From Penicillus capitatus (Eukaryota > Plantae > Chlorophyta): a stretch of DNA of 64,000 nt. The DNA lies in the NCBI GenBank assembly GCA_965649825.1, contig OZ287717.1, positions 158,556 to 222,555 on the forward strand, in the 5' to 3' direction. Below the pieces are notes generated by a model. It was given only the letters and a program-made list of their open reading frames with translations, was not told where the DNA came from and ran no database searches. Numbering within the stretch: position 1 is the first letter of the stretch; the number at the start of each line of letters is the position of its first letter. Made by a program: the position numbers and the translations under genes. Below, piece by piece: positions 1 to 12,773 of this stretch.

Positions 1-359
1 CTTGACGTCTCGGGAGCGTCCGAAAGCGAAGTCTCTCTTTTGAAGGGCGGCGGCCCGATCGCGATTTCTCTTTACGTCAGGTGCGGCGCAAGGCAGATCC
101 AGAGAAGGAACGCATTCGGGAGTTCATCCGGCGATGGAGTGTCCAATCCGACATCCGCCAATCCGTTTCCTTCCAACAGATCACACGTAATCTCTGTCTC
201 CCCTTCTGCATCGATGCATCCATAGCGCCCACGGTAGAGGCGCTACGCGAGCTGAGTCAGTTCTACTCGGAGTACGGCGAACGGGCGCGTCTCACGGAGG
301 AGACCGCCAAGAGCATTCAAGCGTATCTCCAAGCGGCACAAGATGCGCTGCCTTCGTGA
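1..359 (+). CDS. LPA19: Photosystem II assembly factor Psb27-H2/LPA19-like (5'-partial; introns about 31-80 and 187-237)
   Basis: Spliced translation LDVSGASESE|VRRKADPEKERIREFIRRWSVQSDIRQSVSFQQIT|QALRELSQFYSEYGERARLTEETAKSIQAYLQAAQDAL matches the Psb27-H2 C-terminal helices (RRxADxxKExIRE...W...ALxxLxxFYSxxG). GT-AG introns of 50-51 nt. Confidence 0.7.
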
Positions 360-500
360 AGGGGGACCCCTGTGCCTGTGGTTGGCTGGCTGAGTCCAGA
401 TGGTGATGTGGATGGAGTGCATCCATGGAGGAGATGTAAGGTCATCGACAGTGCCGTTTCATTTTGCGTCATCCGCAGCTTCCGCGAGATCGTTGTGGGG

Positions 501-2118
501 ATGGCGACGTCTGTGTCAAGACCGTACCAGATCGTCGTGTGGGGAGCGACGGGATTCGTCGGGCGACTCGTCTGCGAGCGACTGGCGGCGGAGTATCCCG
601 TTCGGCATCCCTTGTCTTCTGCCGACGCCCAAGGCGTTTTTTGTCGCGCAGCGTCAGCTACGTGTGGCCATCGCAGGGCGCAACCGTGCCAAGCTCGAAT
701 CTCTTCGCCAAGAGATGACGCAGTACGATACGGCGTTTCAAGTCCGTCCATCGAAAACAGGCAGGCGTCGGGAAGCGATGCCGTCTTGCAGGAGGTGCCG
801 ATTCTTGTGGCGGATTCCGCGGACCGTGATGCGATCGATGCCGTGACGCAATCGACAGAGGTCGTCATCTCTTGTGCTGGACCCTATCGCAAGTACAGCG
901 GTGAAGTCGTGGCCTCCAGTGCTGCCAATGGGACGCATTACCTCGACCTCTGCGGTAGGCACCCTGACCCTATTGGAGGCATTGCTGACGGCGCTGCTGT
1001 GGCGGCGGCGGCGCAGCGGAGATACCTTTCATCCGGGATAACATTCGACGCCATCACGAGACGGCCATACAGAACAAAGCCAAGATCGTGCATTTCTGTG
1101 GATTCGATAGCGTCCCGATGGATCTCGGCACGCTGCTGGTGGTGGATACGATCCGAAAGAGATACAACACGTAGAGAACGCGACACGGTATGGCGGCGAT
1201 GCCGTTTTTCTGTGTAGGGGCTGCCAACGTGTGGAGCAGTATATCGTGAGTTCGTTTGGAGGCTTCAGTGGCGGCACGGCGGCATCGGCCGTCGATATGA
1301 ACACCGCACGGAGTCCCTCCGAAAAGGCGGCGATGAGCGATCCCTACTGTCTCACGCCTGATCATCTCACGTGCCCTCTTGTCACGCTCTTCGCACACGG
1401 ACGGATGTCTGTTTTCAGATGGCTCTCCGGAAAGACGTTTCCTGGACTAAAGTACAGCAGAGAGGCGGAGGGATGGATGGTGCCAACGACCTTTGCGCAA
1501 GTGAACGTTCCTGTGGTGATGCGGAGCAATGCGTTGGCCAAAGAGCCTTACGGCAAGGACTTCGTCTACCAAGAAGGGCTGAGGACACCCAATCTACCCC
1601 TGGCACTGCTGGCGCAGTTCTTCGTTACCCTGTTCGATGTCGTCCTGGAGTATTCCTTCCTCCAAAGAACGCACGCCATACCCGTAGGCGATGACATCTC
1701 AAGGCGGCTGCCGTGTAGGTCTCTTTCTCAAGGCGGCTCCAAATCCAGGCAGCGGACCGGAACGCAGCGTACAGAGGCAGTACGGTTATTGGCGTCTGCT
1801 TTTCGTTGGCTACCCTGAACCGTCGAAGAACTCCGACACATCGCCGCCACCTGCTGTCATCGCCAAGCTTGAAGACAACCAAGGCGATCCTGGCTACTGG
1901 AGCACCAGCAAGATGCTTGTCGAATGCGCCCTGTCATTGATTTTGGACAGAGACCGTGTTCAGAGTGCTGCCGCTATGGAGGGTAAGCCCAGGTCGATGC
2001 ATAGAGACAGCATGGCGTTGATGGGACAGGTGGCGTGCTGACCCCCGCTGCTGCCTTCGGTCTGATTCCACTGCATCGTCTGAAGAAGAGTGGCTTTGTC
2101 GTGGAGACCCTCTCGTGA
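501..2118 (+). CDS. SCCPDH: Saccharopine dehydrogenase-like oxidoreductase (multi-exon)
   Basis: Rossmann motif IVVWGATGFVG, then VAIAGRN, VVISCAGPY, THYLDLC, CGFDSVPMDLG, FSGGT, DPGYWST and C-terminal GGVLTPAAAFG, across GT-AG-separated exons. Confidence 0.85.
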
Positions 2119-2768
2119 GCACAACGTCATGTGCAGCAATGTCTTGTTCTCTATCGCCCTCACGTTTTGTCAACTTCGACGGTGGATAATGCAATTGGGA
2201 TGGCACGGGTCATGTCATGTCGTTGTTGCCGTGTGTGGCGTCGCGGTGTTTAAACGGCAGCGTGTGGCGCCAATCTTTCTTCGATGATCGCGCGTCCAAC
2301 AACGAATTCCCAACACATACAAAACATCTACTAAACCTACGACATTGCCTTGGGCGTACTCATCCACAGAACAGAATCATTTAAGCTCTGGCTCATGCTC
2401 TGATCCGCTCGTTCTATGTCTCATCGCTCGTCATCGAATTCCTGAGAGAAAAATGAATGGCCCCGATGACCCGCACGACGTGAGTCAAGCATGTCGACCG
2501 TTTTGTGGGGTGACGCTTCCGTGAGACGCAGTTGCTCGTGGAGATGTTGCTACAAAACGCCGTGCCTGCTGCCGTGGCGGATGAGATACCGCCCGACGTC
2601 CCAGTAGGATTCTCGTTTTGCACAGAGACAGGAACCGAACGGCCGTGTGCCACGTAGGAATTCTTGATGGATGACTTCTTTCCGCCGCAAGTTCTAGATG
2701 ACATCATTGCCAATTGGGTACGTGCATATCTATCTCATCGCATCGCTTTCTAGACAACTGTCCTGTCT

Positions 2769-3564
2769 ATGCAGCAACCGGGAATCCCACCCCGCAATCT
2801 AGACAAGGTCCAAATGAGTGAGAAAGAGTGAATGAGTGGGTGTTAAGTACTGGCTGCTGTGTAGGACTTGTTTCTGAGTTATAAGGATCCTGAGATTGAG
2901 CAGCAGTATGTGAGATGGGAAGCGGATCGCAGTCGGGGGCATTTTGCATTCTGCTCCTTGCTCATCTTCTGCTGCTTTCTGGCACACTTGACACAATGTT
3001 CGCAGAGCCTCGATGAAAGATGGTTGAGATGTGGGAATCAGACCGTATTCATTCTGGGGACTGTACTGATTTGGATTCCATGCATAGCTCTCATGTTGCC
3101 CAAAGCGTACAACTGGCGCCTAAAGTGAGAAGACATCCACCGTTCACTGGACTGCTGCTAAATTGCGCTGTGTCTGGCGGCGGCGGTGGCGGCGCTGTTA
3201 CAGAGAAGGAATCTGTGCTCTCCATCAGTGTCTGTTTGGAATCATGATGGCATCTTTTGTTCAGTACCATTTTCAAGCTTTGGACACAAATTCATCCTGT
3301 GCCATGTGGAAGCCAGATTTTGTTTTGCTCTATACCGTGCCTGTTCTCTTGGAGAGTATACTTTTTAAAGTTCGATTAAAGTATCATTTTCCACTTAATC
3401 TCCTCTTGATCTCTTTGGTTCTTTTCCCTTGGTTGGAGACAGGGGTCACAGATCTATCCATGAGTGATTACTTGGTCAATATGGCCGCCGCGGTGGTTAT
3501 ACCTGCTTGTTTTATTTCGTTATACCAAACACGAAGGCAGAAGATCTTTGAACAGGGGTTATGA
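2769..3564 (+). CDS. Hypothetical multi-pass membrane protein
   Basis: ORFs 2868-3128 and 3163-3564 join through a short GT-AG intron and give several hydrophobic segments. Probable first exon MQQPGIPPRNLDK with intron 2808-2864. Confidence 0.5.
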
Positions 3565-4446
3565 AGAAGGGTCTCACCTCACCGAGTAGTAGCGTAGGTC
3601 GGGTGTGTGGGATTGGGTGGTGTGGGGGATCTGTTCATTATGATGATAGGGGGAAGCAAGGGGGCATATGTGCTGTCGTTGTTGTTTGTTATCTCTGTTC
3701 CTCTATCTGTATGTGTAGTGATGGATGAGCATTTTTTTCCTTTCAATGGCAACACACACTTTCTGTTCGCCACCGATGTCTGCCAGGGAAGAAGAGAATT
3801 TTGCAATGCTCTGCTATGCTGGAATGAGTCGTTGCCGAAAATTCCTTTTCACCTGTTTTCGTTAGCCAATGAGTAGGGAAACGTTGCGTGTCGATGTTGT
3901 TGTTGTTGTTGTCTCTAATGTGTCAATGAATCTGATGATGGATGCATGATGCGGGGGATTGGAGTGGGCTCTATGCATGGTGACTCGCATTCTCTCTCAC
4001 ATATTGTTTTATCTTGTCTAGCATGCACGACTCAGTATCGTCATCGTTTTCTATGGGCAGGGCGAACGTACACACATACACATTCAAGATACGTGGATCG
4101 ATCGCAACAACAAGTGCTCCACGTTGTTTTTCAGATGTCTGTCTGTCTTTCTTTGCTGAGTGACGCTGTCGACGGACGACCGACGTATGGGACAACGACG
4201 TCCGTGTCTTTTCATGACTGCATTCTCCCTTCACGTCCTCTCTCTCCCGCCCCCGCCACACATCTCTTTCTTTTCCAACATCGTGTGTGCGGCGAGGGAG
4301 CAATAAATCGAGATATCACGTGATGATGATGATAATGATGACGATAAGCGTATCGAAGACGACGTCCAAACAATAGATGATGATTCTATACGTTGCCCGC
4401 CCATTGACGATCATGGTGTGCATATGTGTTGTCTTACGACTGAGGG

Positions 4447-5099
4447 ATGCTTGATTTGATGATGAAGATGATCATGTCGCGAAAAAGTTCTTTCGATGAT
4501 GCAAAGGTCCGAGGGAAGCACGCGACGTCCGGTTCCACGACGACAGCGATTACGCCTCGCCACAAGAGCGAGACACAGCAGCAGGAGCCCGTCCGCCGCC
4601 GACGTCTTTCTGGATCGACTTCGGTGTCGGAACCGAAATCGACACGAGACATCTCGACGATCGCTGCCGCTAAAGAGACGTCTCAACCGTCGAACGTATC
4701 GCGCGGATCGGCGACTGTTGCGGACGTCACGCAACTGACGGAGATACTGGAGCGGATTGTGCCTTTGCTGAAAACGGGCGCCTATGACACGACCGTGCTC
4801 TCACCGACGGCCAAGACCCTCATCGAAACCCTGACGAAACAACACCTAGACGAAGACGTAAGCCAGCGCGCTCCCCTGACGTCACATCAAAGCAAGCGCG
4901 TGCGTTGCAGGTCGTGGTGCCGCTGTGCTGGATTGTGGCCGCGATTCAGGACAGTCGAGAGAAGCGTCCACCACATGCGATGCACCGTCCGCCTTTCCCT
5001 GTTGTCTTTTTCCTGATTCAGTTGTTCATGGTCTTGTTCAATTTTGTCATGCTCGTTGCCATCATTTCGTCATTCTTTCCAACTTCATCCATGCTTTGA
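4447..5099 (+). CDS. Hypothetical protein, S/T/R-rich N-terminus and hydrophobic C-terminal segments
   Basis: ORF 4447-5016 spliced (gtaagc at about 4858 to gcag) onto hydrophobic ORF 4905-5099. Confidence 0.45.
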
Positions 5100-5128
5100 C
5101 CATCGGTCAGGGATTTTGACATAGCGTA

Positions 5129-6074
5129 CTAACGTGCTGTCCATCCGCCGTCTATAGAAAGGCAGGCACCCGTGATGCTGGATGCATGAGGGCCACACAG
5201 ATACAACGCCTAGAAGAATAGCCATAGCTGTTGACGAGACGACATAGACGTGTAAGAGCATTGCTAGAGCAGCGATGTCATCGATCTCCACAAACTTCTT
5301 CGTTGGCTGATCGCGCAGGAGCACGTTCGAAATGACATCCTCTTTGGGCATCTGTCGCACACGTGCCGTATCTTCCAACTGATTCCGGACGAGATCTGTG
5401 AACGTGTACCTATGCCAGCCACGCAGGTACGGTTATCAGGTGCGCCGTTTTCGTTGGGCGGTCGACCCGGGGCAGATCGCGTTGCATGTGATGCCGGTTT
5501 CGGCCGTTTCTAAGGCGACGGTTTTGGTCAGGCCAGCGACGCCATGCTTGGCTGCATTGTAGGCGGATTTGTAAGGCGAGGCCACGAGTGCATGCATCGA
5601 TCCGGTATTGATAATGCGTCCCCATTTCGCGTCCTTCATCTTGGGCAGGGCGGCTTTGATGGTATGGAAGCTGGCCGTGAGAACGATGGCCAAAATGGCA
5701 TCCCATTTCGCATCGGGCATCTCCTCCACCGCCGCCACATGTTGAATACCGGCATTGTTCACCTGGTCACACATCTCCTGGTCTCAAGCACTAAGTGTCG
5801 AGGTCGCTACCAGAATATCGAGTCTTCCAAACCTGTGGTGGATGTCGCCGATGAGTCGGCGGATCTCATCGGGTCGGGCCAGATCGGCACGCGAGCGCAT
5901 GACGTCGATTCGGTTTTCGGCCATCAGTTGTTGCGACAGCTGCACGACGTCGGGATCTTCGCCTTCGATGCCATGTATCGTGACGTTGGCGCCTTCCTTG
6001 GCAAACGCTTTGACGATTCCGAGTCCAATGCCCCGCGTACTGCCTGTCACCAAAGCGACACGCCCTTTCAACAT
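5129..6074 (-). CDS. bdhA: 3-hydroxybutyrate dehydrogenase (BdhA-type short-chain dehydrogenase), 3 introns
   Basis: TGSTRGIG, VNNAGIQHV, WGRIIN, SAYNAAKHG (YxxxK), NAICPG and C-terminal SITGACLSIDGGWTAR ending in TAG at 5129-5131. Confidence 0.9.
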
Positions 6075-6716
6075 TTTACATCATGACGTCAACAAATGCA
6101 AAGACATATGGATTGCTCTTGCGCATCCTCCCCCCTGAATCTTCCCTCTCCCTTCACGCCAGGTACAGGAACGGTCTGACGATGTCTTTCCAGATATCTC
6201 TGTCGTTGCCAAACGGCCATCGTTGGCGGCAGGTGCGATCGCATTTAAATCCATTCAATCGTTGTCTGCTTGTCGAAGGCATTTATCGTTCTCCAAAGAC
6301 TTTACATAGGGTTGCGTTCATTTCATATACAGGCTTCCTTCTGCAACGTCGTATATGACTGTGCAAAATGTCATAACGATAGGCGAACAATGACATAATC
6401 TGCACGGAATAAGATCAAATGAAATCTAAGTTGGCCTTTTCTCTTCGAGAAGGCTATCCATCAAATTGCTTGTCTTTTGCATCGGGTGTTCCGGTGCAGA
6501 TATCAAATGCAACAAGTTTTTTGACTGTGCCAGCTCGTTGAATCTCAAACGATGGGTTTAAGATAAGCAAGCGAGAGTATTGCGTTCTGCTATTAGAAAA
6601 GAATAACCGACCTCCATTTCTGCACTCTCTACGAAACATTGATGACTCAAAACGCGCTTCCTTGTCCGTCATAGTCCGTGTGACAGAAACATTTTGCTGA
6701 ACTTGGGTAGCCTGGA

Positions 6717-9700
6717 TCATCTGGCGCCTCGAGTTCCTACACACAGTTGACATCCACTACAGAAACGACTAGAAAAACTGGTAGCTCTCACCGTGTGGAG
6801 CATCTTTTCAGTTAGTTCATCTATCGCATTCTGGAGGACGGAGATTTCGGTTCTGAACGTCTCCTTCTCGGATGCTTCAAAAGAGCTAATTTCGCTCTCT
6901 AGTTGCTTGCGCATGATCTGTTCTTTTTTGTACTCGGAATCCAGGTAGTCGATTCTCTTTGCCTGGCCTTCGATCACGACGGCGTGACTGCTCTCGCGAC
7001 GTTGAATGTCAGCTCTCAGGTCCAGGAGTTCTTGCACTTCGAGTTGATCCTCGTGTACCTGTTCCATTTCGGCCAAGTCTGCGTTGTACATCGCGGTGAT
7101 GTTGGCCACACGCTCGACCAGATCGTTCAGCTCCGCCTCCTGACGTTGCTCCAGAGTATGGACGTTCTCTTTGACGTCGGCGAGCTCGTGTTTGAGTTGC
7201 TGGACCTCTTCGGACCGCGTTTCCTCTAGATGTGACAAATTGCTGGTGAGTTGCTGGTAACTGGCGACGGTGTCGGCCAACTGACGCTCCAGTTCGGCGC
7301 ATCGCTGTTCGCTGGCAGCAATGGCCTCTTGTTTTGCCTTGAGTTCCTCCTCCAGGCTCTGGGCTTTGGCCGAGTCCACTGCCTCCGTCAGTTTGTTGAT
7401 CTCTGTCATCTTGGCGATCTCTTCTTCCACGAGGGCGCCTCTCAGATCCGAGAGCGAACGGCTGAGGGCTGTCATATCTCGACGCATCTGTAGCAGGTTG
7501 CTCTGCAGCGTGTTCTTCTCGGAGTCCACCGCGCGACGCTTCTGTCGGGTTTCGTCGAGTTCGTTCAGAATGGAATCGAGCTCGGCTTCGGACGCTTGCT
7601 GTATCTGTTGGAGTTTCGAGATGTGCGTCTGGTGCTCCTGCAGTCTTTGATGCATCTGTCGAATGTGGTGCTCGTATTTCTCGCCGAAATTGGCGTCCGG
7701 CAAACCATAACAAATCGAAAAACGCTGCGTCTCCGACATCTTCCCAGTCTAGCACACCACAGGCAACACAAACGTCACATCATTGCTGTATGTAAAGGAG
7801 GTGAGTGAGTACCTTGGCGAATCGCTTCATCATCAGATCGCTGATGTGCGTCTGGAGGGACATGCAGATCTCTTCGCCCTGGTTCGTCTCGAACTGAAAC
7901 ACGTGCAGAACTCCGGCGACCTTCATCTTGATGAAGATGGCGTTGTTGCTGGATCCAAACTGCATGATGTCGCGCAGCTCTGCCGAGTGAAGGTACTCCT
8001 TGGGGACCGGTCGGAAGAAATGCACGCCGCGTTTGTTGATGCCCAGGATCACTTTGGATGGCAACAGACCGATCGGATCGGCGTTCCGTCGCACGGGAAA
8101 GAACGTCGAGTTTCCTAAAGGGCAGACAGGCATCAGATGGCGGCGTCGCGATGCAGAGAAACGGCACGCACCGTAGGGAAGACTGTGGATGATTCTCAGG
8201 AACTGCAGTTTTCCTCCCTCCTTCGTCAGCTTGCTGAAGGCGTTGTATCTGTGGTAGACGTCCTGGTGCCATTGCTGACGCTTGCGCGACATCAGAATCT
8301 ACACGGCCATGTCATTCATCTCTCTGGTCCACGTGGACTGGGAGGCACCTGAGAGGTCGTGAATTTCTCGGCGGCTTTCATGAAACGCGGATCCGTCTTC
8401 TTCAAATCGGCGCCCTCGGCGACGATGATCTGCAGGGCGCACATCTGCGCCGCGTCGTCCCGGACCACTGGATAGTTTCCTTTCAGAAAGTCATGCTGCG
8501 CTTGCATATAGGACAGCGACAGAAAAATCGGCTCCGTGATGTGTTCGTCTTGTTCCCTGCCGGACGGACACACATTCCCGAGGCCTTCGATCGAGAGAGG
8601 GGCCGTTTCACCTGAACATGCGTTTCTTGAATAGAAAGTAAGTTCCTTCCTTGTCCTCCTTCTGCGAAAGGATGTCGGCGATGTACAGATTCTCCTCGAG
8701 ATGTTTGTGCGTGTCCACGAGCTCTCCGTTCTCCACCGCCTCGGATGGCTTTATCTCGTAGAGCGAAACGTCGCGTAGTTGGCGAGGCTGATCGTCTCGG
8801 CGATGCTCTCGATCGCCTCCTGGACCGTCGATGTCGTGTGGTAATCGAAGCGGCACTCGCGTCCGTCCAGAAACTGAACTCTCGTCGTCAACTTCTTGTT
8901 CAACAGCAGAGCCTCGATCTCGTCCAGACCCAGCGCCTAAGGAAGATTCATGTCGCACGAGCGCGAGCGGGTCGGCGGCATCACCTCCTGTCTCGGTCCG
9001 GCGCGTGTTGTTCGCTTGAATGTTGCCCAGACGCGAGACACGAGCTCCTTCATGCGGGCCGAGTCGTGGGACTCCTGCATCACCTGGTGGATGTACTCGG
9101 AGATGACGGCGATGTACTCCTACGGACACGCGACAGGAGTGCAGACCCTGAGCGGGCCTTCGGGTCTGTTCACCTTGGCCGGATCGAAGACGGACGCCGC
9201 CACGATCCAGAGTTCCCAGATGCGATCTCTGTACTCCTCGAGTGGGACACTTCGGCTCTGTTTGATCAGCTGCATGTAGAGTTCGTTCTTCAGATCCGGA
9301 TGCTTGGCACACGTCTTGATGAGACGCGATGCCGTTTCGACCAGCTGTCCGGCTTCGAGCGACGCCGGACGGAAGCCCATATAGGTACAGATGTACTCAT
9401 GCATCTCCAAAGCGTCTTGCGTCTGGCCAGAGTCCAACTTCAGCAAACTGGACGGCAGTGGCTTCTGCAGACACATGAAGGGTCTGGCGGCGGGTGGATG
9501 CGTATGGTGACGGACTTCGGAGAATTTGAGCAGCTCATCGAGCAGGGCACCTTCGGCGTCTGCAAAGGGTGGGTCTTCGGCGACGTCCAAAACGGAGGAA
9601 CGACGGGATTCGCTCTTCTCAGTAGCGCCATTCACTTTGACATGTTCATCAATCTAAGCAGCGATGCCGTTGGAGAGCCTCTGACGAACGACTGCACGCA

Positions 9701-9869
9701 AAGGCAGGCGTACTTGAAACTTGAATTCGACGCTGTCAAGCCCAGCTAGTTTTTTGTTTGACGCGTACGTCGAAACGGATACCGCGTCCTACACACAAGC
9801 CATAGGATGAAGGTTCAGGTTGCTGACAGTCGACAAACAAATGGCTGGCACGGCATCGTCTTCGTGCAT
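6717..9869 (-). pseudogene. Motor-less KCBP paralogue (MyTH4-FERM-coiled coil) with one apparent frameshift and a new C-terminus; 3' end uncertain
   Basis: Near-identical reverse complement of 24775-27603. Own exon 1 (MHEDDA, ATG 9869) and exon 2 (9788-9714). 1-nt deletion at 8766-8768. Diverges from KCBP1 after QIMRK; no motor sequence follows. Confidence 0.8.
6905..9736. repeat. Left arm of a 2.8-kb inverted segmental duplication (partner 24775-27603)
   Basis: Matching ORF translations on opposite strands (for example 9120-9635 minus vs 24876-25391 plus; 8316-8573 vs 25939-26196), and introns are shared. Net length difference +3 nt (a 4-nt intronic insertion and a 1-nt deletion). Confidence 0.95.
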
Positions 9870-12773
9870 ATCGAATAGCGTCGTTTGGGCAAGTCCCCGC
9901 AACATGTCCGATAAATACCCACTGAAAATTACACAGCAATATACATAGTACGAGATGAGTGCGATACCGATAAAGGCCCAACTCGCAGGTCTTTCTTATA
10001 TATAGCGTGCAAACTGAGAATAGTCTCTTACTCCCGCTTAACACTTAGTACACTGTGGTAACATGAGAATGGTTCATAATTCACCATAGACTTTGTGGAG
10101 ATACGGCGCAGTTCGCAGATGCAGTGCAAGAAGCGAGAAACAGAACGTCGACTTCCTTACGTTTTCGTTCATTTCTTCAGGCTTCGTTATGGGGTACAAA
10201 GATTACGAGCGTTAAGTTTTTGAAGAATAAACCGGCTTAAATAAAAGAAGCCTAACACTTTCATCTTTTTCCAGGGATCTGAAGTTGAGTTCTGCGGAAG
10301 GTGGAAGGAAGAACGTCAACTGAAATCAGTACGACAGCTGCAATCACACGTAAGACTTCATTTATTCGCATTTTTTGCCGTTTACTAATCATAGAAATTG
10401 TTTCCTGACCCGAAAATGCAGACAGATACTTCTACGACTTCATCCGGCAAGGAAGACGAGAACCATTTTAAGGGGATGCACTGCGAACAGGTCTGACAAA
10501 CGAGCAATTCTTTGCTAAATGCACATTGGCAGGCCATCTTCGAACGGACATCTTTAGGGGTTACAAGAGAACAGACTTAGCGACAACAGGTGCCTCCGCA
10601 TTAACGGTGGCAAAGTTCTCGATGTTAACAGCTGTTATGTATAAAGTCAGATTCGACTGTTTGATAACTCAGAATACAATAGGAGCTTGTATGAATAGAA
10701 AACATCAATAGGAGAGGGAGCACACAACTGTGCGAATATATATTCCACATTCGGCGCTTTTTATGTTTTTTGTCTCCTGTTTTGCGGCAACTAGATCGTT
10801 TTGCTGTTTTGCTACTTTGTTGGAGAAATGCTGCTACTTGAATGTAGCAGGATGAGTTCAAGATGAAAATACCGGCCCATCGGCAAGACAACGAAAGCGA
10901 TGAGCAACAATAGATGTAAGATCAGTTCGAACACAAGTATTGACGATAGAGTCAAACTCCAAGAACAGACGGAGAATAAATGTTGCCGAAGCGATGATTA
11001 GTGACCAGGATGAATCTTGCAATTAGCACTCTTGCCAGAAAGATTTAATAGCTTAAGTCGGATCTTTCACATCCGTTAAGGACAAGATATCGATCAATAT
11101 TTAGGTATGATGGAACTAATAGGAAGACAAGCAGCGAGTGCTAAGAGAAAAGATGCTATGCTCTGTTCGAGATGCAAGGAGATTTGACGTGCTTACTGTC
11201 GTAGGGGACAGCTGTTAGCTCCGCTGTCGTACTCCTTGGACAGCTGTTTCCTTCCGGGTCACATCAACACCTGAATACTTAAACGCGTTCCCTGTAAAAA
11301 CTCTGCCTCGTTTGTAATCCATCATTGTTTGTCGCCTTACCTCGGCGCTTACAGCGGACAATGACACTTTTCAAATCAAAGCTCCAAGAAAGTATGCACG
11401 ATGAAGAAGATAATTCGATCCACACGTATGCTAAGGTGTACATATAACAATATTTTATCCTTTTCTAACTTAACGGCTATTTGCATCAAAGCCGCAGACA
11501 AAAGGAACAAGAACGGGATGAGTTGCAGGCTGTCACGCTTGTGTGTGTCACATCGTCTACTTCGTTTCTGAGGGGGTCGGCATCTCAAAGGGCGCTCGTG
11601 CAAGGTTCCCGTCTTTTCAGGGGTCTTTTTCTATGGTCTCGAGGAACGGATGACTCACCTGTTGTGTGCAGTCATGTCACACTGATCGTATAAATATGTG
11701 GCATTGAACCTCGACCAACCTTGCTATGTGAACTGTAAAGTCTTCCGCTATGTTTTTTCGTTGAGCTCGGCGCTCCCGCGTGACCCTTACCACGGCGCAA
11801 GGGTTATGAAAGAATCGCACTATGATGGTCAAAGGTTGCAAGGATTGAATATACACACCTAGGAAAATGAAGTTCGCTTGAGTGTTCTGTTTTCATATAT
11901 CACAGCGTTAAGAACTTCATTTGTTTGTTTGTGGCGTTCCCATCACATCGTGAGAACTTCATAAGCATCTTCATGCAAGTTCATCTGGAAATGCGACACG
12001 ATTTTACAACACCATGCACAGAAAAAATGTAGCGGCGATGATGTCAATATCACACCGTCCGAAAACCCTCAGTCTTAGGGATTGATTGAAATGGCCAATT
12101 ATATCGATTGCCAAACTATCGATGATCCACTATCACATCTCGAGAGGTGCCAAATCGTTTCAAAGTATCCTCGACACAAGCATTCAAAACCTGGCAACAT
12201 CTAGAATCATACCATGCTACCTCTCCCTATCCATCGCATGCCTTCTGTACTGAGAGTGCCGAAGCAAGACGTTCTCTCTCATGCACGTCTATCTAAGAGG
12301 TCCGTGTCGATCGATCCGTTCTCGAACTCCTTTATATCTTGGATGCCAAACATTGCTTAACACAGACAAGACATCTAAGTCGACAACTTCTTAGAACACT
12401 CCTACGAAATTGGCAATCTCATCGCTTGTTTCATATCGGAATGCTCCTACCCATCTGAAATGAAACCATTGGCGAATGAGATGTTCTTTCTTTTACAAGC
12501 ATCAGCTGTCAAGATGTTTGCCTCTTAACGACGTTTTGACGATCAAATACTGACCCATTCCGACTGTACGTAAGAAGTATTGTTGGCGACTTGTTGAGAA
12601 AACGCAGAATAGAGAAAACAAACTGTTTTAGAACAGGCGTTCTATATAGCGGAGAATGTCCATTAATGAAACGACGGTTCCGAGGTTCTGTCCGCCGCCA
12701 ATCCAGATGGTCTGTCGGATTCGATGTATTTCTTCACCAGCGTCAGCGGACTTTTCTTGTTGTATCTGCCTCC

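Noticed and set aside
2414-2713. Small minus-strand gene
   Set aside because: Splice-like signals exist, but no exon combination gave a convincing protein.
10080-10300. QEARNRT...LRYGV resemblance to the ARM-region gene
   Set aside because: Needs an assumed intron and does not extend in either direction.
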